Origin: Macrostomum hystrix
Taxonomy: Eukaryota > Animalia > Platyhelminthes
Direction: 5' to 3'
Length of the DNA stretch: 64,000 nucleotides
Assembly: GCA_950097015.1 (NCBI GenBank)
Contig: CATNEN010000025.1
Span: 372,001-436,000 of the forward strand
Under the pieces are notes generated by a model. That model ran no database searches. It saw only the letters and a list, made by a program, of their open reading frames with translations, and was not told the origin of the DNA. Below, piece by piece: positions 57,439-64,000 of this stretch. A program made the translations under genes and the position numbers. Numbering within the stretch: position 1 is the stretch's first letter; each line of letters begins with the position of its first letter.

Positions 57439-58129
57439 TCGTTGGTAAAAAATGTGACTTCAGAATTTAACAATCAACAGTTGGCAAGCCGCAGTTTTTC
57501 AATTAGCAAATCTAGCGACAAAACGTTTTAGGACGGGGCAGTTTAATTGTAAAAGAATTTGCCCGCCCAGAAAATTGATCCACTGTGCTGGCAGGACAGC
57601 AGGGGAGAGAGAAAGTTGAGCTTGAGTCCTGAGCAGAAGGCAGGGCGACATCGATTTGTAGACCACTGGCCGTGGACAGCGAATTTTCCGCAAGTCACAC
57701 GTCTACTGCCCTTCCACGTGGCACTCTGCCATCTTCCTATTCTGCTTTCTATTTCTAATTTCTTTGCAGAAATTTTCTCTCCGATTAATTCGCCCCGACT
57801 GCTGCAAAGTGTTTTCCCTCCTGCCACCTGTGTGACCAGAAATGGCTCTAGTCAGCTGTTTTGCACCCGACCTGCTCAAACAGGTTTTAGCATGAGGAAC
57901 ATAAGTGCTGATTGGAAAATTTGACTTGCTGAAGAAAATTTTTAATTACAGATTCTGTGCGAAACCCCCTTTTTTATTAGCACTTTGACGTCAAATTTAG
58001 GTGTTTTATGCACTTTTATTTTTCATTGTCGGCCGCTTGTGTCCAGTTTCTTTTAATTTTCCTCTGTCCGAATGCCAAATTAGCGAACTTGGCCTTGTAC
58101 TTCTTCTTTGGGGATTTACATTTGATCTA

Positions 58130-58443
58130 GTATATAATAATATTAATAATTGCAGGAGGGCTGCGGGCAATGGTACATAATTTAGTGATTGTAGACCTGC
58201 AGCCAGCGAGGAGGCAATTCTGCCCATTTCAGGTGTGTACATCTGCCCTGACTTTCTCATCGTCATGCAGTGTACATTTCACTGTGCCTTGGAGGTTGGC
58301 CCTCAAGGGCGTAAATTGCACGACAAGCCCCTAAGCCTTCTCTCCGCGGCTGCGCCCCAAATAAATGTGGCCTCGCCGTGGAATCGAACTTAGGGACATT
58401 GGTATGAGAGGCAAACGCGATAAACGCTCTGCCACCGACCCCC
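58130..58443 (-). mobile_element. SINE family B copy with internal deletion
   Basis: Near-identical to 46468..46830 but lacks roughly 70 nt of the body. Confidence 0.8.
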
Positions 58444-58497
58444 TTTTGATCTACTAACAAGGATCCAATTTTTCAACAAAGGATTTGATTTGTCTTC

Positions 58498-58580
58498 CAA
58501 GAATCTACTTTGTCTACCAAGAATCTACTTTGTCTACGAAGAATCTACTTTGTCTACCAAGAATCTACTTTGTCTACCCA
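58498..58580. repeat. 20-bp short array (AAGAATCTACTTTGTCTACC)
   Basis: About 4 units. Confidence 0.85.
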
Positions 58581-59584
58581 GGGATCTATGAGGTAATTTG
58601 TCAACCTTGGATATTGCAAAAGATTAAGTGTATGTTATCAGCCTGAAAAGCAATATCTTGTTTTATTTTTCTTTCTCGCATTCCATTTTTAACTACCATT
58701 CATTCAAGTTCAGCCTGGCGTGTCTGATTTTCGCATCCACAAACTCTCGACGCAGTGACAATTGACAGCTGCCAGCCAAGATCCACTTCACCTTTGTCGT
58801 CTTTACTCCACCCTCTCACATCTCGCCCTATCGGGCTGTGACGTCTCTCTCTACATTTCTTTCTAGCTTCTTGGGCACCTGAAATTTCGCGTCCAAACTA
58901 CAAATAACTCGCTAACACCGAGAGAGACGGGAGAAAGTTTTAGTTTTAGGCCGCAGCTAAAGCCACGTACGGAAGGAAAACTACGACAATGGTAAAGAAA
59001 GGTAAAAGAAGCGATGAAGTCTGCACTAAAACGGAGGGGGCAAATATGCAGCAGCTACCACAGCAACTGCCAAACCCCCCACAATTTGCAGTTCCTAATC
59101 CCTTCATTGACTTGACTACCACTCCCTGTCCCTGAGGCGTCTGTTGCCATCCCATTCTCCCCTATTCAGGCCTCTCTTCCCCAGACCTAAGGTCTCTATT
59201 ATAGTAGCGGCAGCAGCCTGTTGCACGGTCCGCACGTAATGAGGTGGTTAGTTACTGAAGCAATGCCTCCGTCTGCCTCCTTCGGCTCACTTTCCATCCA
59301 TCCAGGCGTGTGTCCCTTCGACCCAATAGTATGCCGCCGCCGCTGCCACTGCTGCTGCTGCTTCTACTGCCTAATGTTTTTTAACCAGCCATTTTATTCC
59401 AACACGCCTAGGAAAAACAATGACCCACCCCATCCCTCACCGCCTCCGACCAGCCTCACAGGGTCCGGCTGGCGAGCCTTCTTTTCCAGCCTGCTGCGGA
59501 CACTGGCAAACAAGACCCACTCTGTGACTGTCGCTTTCAGTTCCTAGCTCTGCTCTACCTGCTCTGCTCCTACCTGAGCTCGTG

Positions 59585-59830
59585 AGCTCGAATTTGGGGC
59601 GCAGGCGCGGAAGGAGGGCTTGCGGGCTTGTCACGCCTCAACCCCTCTGAAGGCCAACCCTCCAAAGTACAGTGAAGTGTACACTGTCTAGTGATGGAGA
59701 CGCCAGGTCAGATGTACTCACCTGTGAGAGTGTGTGCATGCGTGCTCAACGGAATGGGCAGAATTTCTTCCTGGCTGGCTGTGAGTCTCCTGTCACCAAG
59801 TAATGCGCCAGTGCCCACAGAATCACTGGA
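59585..59830 (+). mobile_element. SINE family B, diverged copy
   Basis: TTTGGGGCGCAG...GGCCAACCCTCCAAAGTACAGTGAAGTGTACACTG...ATGGGCAGAATT aligns by eye with family B. Confidence 0.65.
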
Positions 59831-61605
59831 GGAACCGCAGCTAACACAACTATTTTTTTCGAACATAATTATCTGTTCATAAGAGAAAGAAAAAGATGCA
59901 TTTTCGGCTAAACCGAGATTGCAACAAAGACCTGAAACAGTCCCTCGGTTGGAACACCAGAAAAGCATTTATTGATGCGAGACAAAATTCAAAGCCATTT
60001 CGAATAATTTGGTTTATTAATTAAAGTGCGGCTAACAATGTCTTAGACATAGGATAAGGTTGTAATGTTCCCGAGCAGGTAAAAAGGTAGGTTTAGTAGG
60101 GTAAGTAGGCGATACTCGTTAGTTAAAATAGTATCGTGTCTGAAAACGAAGCGAAGCGATAAGCGATAAAGACTAGTAGGTGTTGAACACAATGCGCTTG
60201 AAACAGAGCTGTGGTCAAACGAAAAAGTGCTCACGCTTTCGTAATTTTGTATGACAGGTAACCTAAAAAGTGTCGCAATCAATCAATTATAGCTGTCCAT
60301 AGTGAACCACTCACTGTTTAACATGTATTATCGTGTGCACGACGCGTCATAAAACAGGCAGGTAGATGGGGAGGTGACTTTGAGGCAGCTGGACAATGAG
60401 GAAACACTTGCTGAAGTCTATATTTCCATGTAGTAATCACTGCAGCATTAGATCATAGTCTATGTTAGCTTGAAAAACACCCCGGTCATGCCGGATATTG
60501 TCTTCGTAGTCTACCCGACCAGAAAATTAAAATTCGATTAAACAAGTTATCTGCATTAATTAAACAGATGAGAGCAGCAGTGACATTCTTACAAACGCCT
60601 TTTGAACTTCAAAAAGATAAACTCTTGACTCAGTAACTTTCCAATGCCCCTATCAAAGTCAATCAAACAACAAAGGAAATCAACAATGGCCAGCTTTTCA
60701 CTCCGTGTTGACGCTGTTCTTCACTAACGCTATTTCAATTTCCAACTTACAGTGCCGGTCTATAGTCAATCACTCACTACACACCCGCTTCACCTGGACA
60801 CAGCTCAGGGACAAGATAGAATTTCACTATTGTGAGCAAATACTTCACTTTTTGGTCTTTTTGGGCCAGTGCAGTTGGGGATTAAAGTTTTGTCAGCCGT
60901 GTACTTTGCTAATCCTTATGGCAATGTTTTCTTTCGCTTTAACAAACTATGCTATAATCGTTGAGCAAGCAACATCTGCTAGTTGGTTTGAGTGTTGCTT
61001 GTGTCCCCCATAGTCTAAACTGAATCCTCTACAGTGATTCAACCGTTCACCATTCTCTAGATTCGCCAGATTTAAGCCACTGCTGGTTTTTGGGCGATGA
61101 CACAAGGATAAAATGGACTATCGCATTAAGCATAAAATAAGTAGATACGACTGTAACTGCAAAAGCTGAGAGAATACGGTCAGTTGATTGCGCTAATGTT
61201 TCTTCCTGTCAAGAAACATGGACAGCATTGCATTTTTGCTGACTATACTGTCTAACAGCTGACTGGTGGCACAGCTGAACTTACACAGATATCTGACATG
61301 TACTAAGTCTACTTTGCGAAAAGTACACAATACAGAATTCTTACTGTACTCTGAACATCACATTCAGTACATACGGTACAGCACATTCCACTGTAAAGCA
61401 CATTCAGTACACATAGTTCATGATCACGCCAGCAATAATTGATGTTAAATTAAAGAACACATATTCTAATTATTGTCTTTAGCCTTTTCCATCGACAGAA
61501 GCCAGAGTGCAATACCATATGATCAGGTATCAACTCTAGTTGCTATGGAGTCTTGATTAAAACAGCTTTCATAAATATAAAGCGCCGAGCAGTCAGTCAG
61601 GTGTC

Positions 61606-62940
61606 TCAGTACTCCCGATGCACCTGGGCGCTGAGCTCAAGCGTGGTTCTTAACGGCTGCGCTTCCTCGTCTGTGCAGCGGCTGCCGACCCGGCGGCTCA
61701 GCGCAGCAGCCGCCACCTCGCGACGCTGCTCGTCGTCGAAGTTGTTTTCGTCATCGTCACCTCGGTCGTCGCTGTCATTGGCGTCATTTAGTTCATTGTC
61801 TCCGTTGTGACCTGTGGCGGCGGCAGCGGCGGCGGCGGCAGCGGCGGCTTTTCCACCCTTTTGAAACCGAGCTGCGTCCATCTCGCCATTGATTTTGCCG
61901 CCGCCTTCGCCGCCGACGCCGGTTCGCAGAGCCCTGGAGTCGCAGTTGTCTCGACGAACCTTCGGCTTCAGCTGGATGCCGAGAAACTTGGCGAAGGCCT
62001 GCCGGAAATTCTCGGATAAGAAGGCGTAGATGATCGGGTTGACGCAGCTATTCATGTAGGCCAGCATCTGCGAGACGGCCTGCAGGTAGCGGAACCAGTC
62101 GTCCTCGAAGTCTTTGTACCACATCTGCAGGGCGAACACAACGTGAATAGGCAGCCAGCAGGTGCCAAAGATGGCAATCACGATCACAACCATGCGGGTC
62201 ACGCGGCGCTTTGATCTGGCCGCCTCGCCAGACTGGGAGATGCCGGCCGCCCGGCCGCAGGTGAGCTTGCGCACCAGCAGGGCGTACAGCGTGATGATGA
62301 CAAGGAAGGGCAGCAGGTACCCCAGCAGGCCGAAAATAGAGTAGAACAGCTTGCCAGCCGGGCTGGCGCCGGCGCTTCCTAGAAAGCGTCGATTGACACA
62401 GGCGGTGACAGGATGCGCCGAGCAGTTTCCGGAGCGACAGAAGCCCAGGTTGACAACTCCGACGTCAACGGCAAAGGGCACGTGGCACATGCCGATCAGT
62501 ATCCAGGTGGCGGCCACGGCGATGAGAGTGTTGCGCTGATTGCGCAGCCCAATGCTGCGAATCGGGTGCACCACGGCCAGGTACCTGTCGGCGCTCATTA
62601 GCACGAGGGTGTACACGCTGCCGTACACGGGCACGAAGGTGAAGTACTGGAACACGACGCAGGCCGCGTGCCCGAACACCCAGCCCATGATGTAGAACAG
62701 GATAGTCAGGGGCACGCAGAAGATGATGAACAGGAGGTCGGCGATAGCCAGAGAGGTGATGAGGATGTTGGTGGTGTTGCGCATGTGGTTATTGGCTACA
62801 ATCACCGTAATCACCAGCAGATTTCCAAAGAAGCCAAGCAACACAACTAGGCTGAATAGGACCGTCACAGTGGCAACGAAGCCAAAGGCGTGCTGGTTAC
62901 AGACGGTCAGATTCTGGCAGTCGACTGTATCGTTGTCCAT
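61606..62940 (-). CDS. AstA-R: Allatostatin-A/galanin receptor-like class A GPCR, intronless ORF, 444 aa
   Basis: Seven TM helices; GN in TM1, MRNTTNILITSLAIADLLF, SVYTLVLMSADRYLAVVHP, CWLP, LAYMNSCVNPIIYAFLSENFRQAF, all typical of AstA-R/GALR. Confidence 0.9.
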   Translation of the reverse strand: MDNDTVDCQNLTVCNQHAFGFVATVTVLFSLVVLLGFFGNLLVITVIVANNHMRNTTNILITSLAIADLLFIIFCVPLTILFYIMGWVFGHAACVVFQYFTFVPVYGSVYTLVLMSADRYLAVVHPIRSIGLRNQRNTLIAVAATWILIGMCHVPFAVDVGVVNLGFCRSGNCSAHPVTACVNRRFLGSAGASPAGKLFYSIFGLLGYLLPFLVIITLYALLVRKLTCGRAAGISQSGEAARSKRRVTRMVVIVIAIFGTCWLPIHVVFALQMWYKDFEDDWFRYLQAVSQMLAYMNSCVNPIIYAFLSENFRQAFAKFLGIQLKPKVRRDNCDSRALRTGVGGEGGGKINGEMDAARFQKGGKAAAAAAAAAAATGHNGDNELNDANDSDDRGDDDENNFDDEQRREVAAAALSRRVGSRCTDEEAQPLRTTLELSAQVHREY

Positions 62941-64000
62941 GACCAGGTGTCTAGTTTACCTGGTGCAAAGGAGGTGCAATCGATTCTCTATGCAATTGAA
63001 TGACGGTACATGATTAGAACCACATTAGCTTTGGATAACCCTTTAACAGCCGGACGGCCTTTCAAAGCAAATTAAAGCTCTTGAATGACCAATGCCAATA
63101 ATATACTTGGGAATGGTATACGGTCAAAGCAAAATCATTCCATCTGTACTTTCTCCTCCTCAATTCCTGTCGCTGTTTTCTTGTTTCCAATGATAATAAT
63201 TTTACTAATTCCATTTCGTTAATGGACAGGGCAGTACCAATGGCCGGGCCGCAAGCGGTTTTGGCTCACCGAACCTCATCAGGCTAATGCGCTACTATCG
63301 ATTCGAACTGTGCTCAACTCGGAGGCCATAGCTGAGGCTGAGTCATCAATCACTGAGCTTGAGTAAACTCGAATTCGCATAATTGCGCATAACTGGCCAA
63401 ACTTTACCTGGCTAAACACCTTAGAAATTTCATTGCAGCGTCCTTGCTCACAATTGGACCCGACAAGTGACAATCACAATTCTACTGCAAGCTTAAACAG
63501 CTGCATCTTTCCTGCTGCCCAGAACCAGCAAACCAGCCAGCTGAGTTCCACAACCTCAGACTGGAATCGGACAATTAACCCAAATTGGGAAATTTCTGCG
63601 AATTAGTAAACATGCTTTCAAGGGAGTATAACGTGTTTTAGCTCTGAACGGTAATTAGCAAAGTTATTTCGCTCTCAGTAATGTGGTAATCACCACACGG
63701 CCCGGTAAGGGAGCTCTTGTCCTGGCAATTAATGGGGCCAATGGAGAGTGCGCGGCAACCCTTTCAGCGCATTCCCAGACATCCCTGTGTCATTTCCTAA
63801 GTGCTGACACGACTGCGCTTGTTAATTTTTTGTTTTCCCGACTATTCAGGACAGGTTTAGATGGGAAATGGCATTACAGCCTCTAAAATGGCTATTTTCT
63901 GATTTGCTGCGGTCGCTTTAAGCTTTTTGCCCTCATCCTGATCTGGTCTACATCTTCTTTTAGTACACCGCTAGTTTATTACAGAACAGGCTTAGTCTCT

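Noticed and set aside
58990-59580. Short ORFs and CCG/CTG-rich stretch before the diverged SINE
   Set aside because: No coherent exon chain or homology recognised.
21240-62940. Juvenile-hormone module (JHEH-like enzymes plus allatostatin receptor)
   Set aside because: The genes are about 30 kb apart with unrelated genes between them, and nothing in the sequence supports a shared pathway.

Overview
Eukaryotic (invertebrate animal) genomic DNA with GC-rich exons, AT-rich spacers and many minisatellite-filled introns. The style suggests a free-living flatworm such as Macrostomum, but that is inference. I rebuilt 13 protein-coding genes by hand from splice sites and reading phase. Minus strand (1-29 kb): RIC3, KDM5, SLC25A44, microsomal epoxide hydrolase copy a, an ADAMTS/reprolysin-like metalloprotease, and epoxide hydrolase copy b. 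Plus strand (30-55.5 kb): epoxide hydrolase copy c, TMEM183, an ankyrin/SOCS-box protein, a small coiled-coil protein with a LIR-like motif, a disordered protein with LC8-type motifs, and a calmodulin-like protein. A minus-strand allatostatin-A/galanin-type GPCR ends the window. Non-coding content: about 19 locus-specific tandem arrays, two tRNA-derived SINE families, two Merlin/ISXO2-like transposase remnants, and a dispersed MITE-like repeat. No CRISPR array, rRNA or bona fide tRNA gene. Most interesting: (1) an epoxide hydrolase trio with a patchwork pattern suggesting gene conversion, in which each copy carries a different active-site change and only one has an intron; (2) introns inflated by private minisatellites; (3) a metalloprotease with no prodomain; (4) a small candidate autophagy adaptor. 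Homologies were recognised from memory of family motifs; no searches were run.
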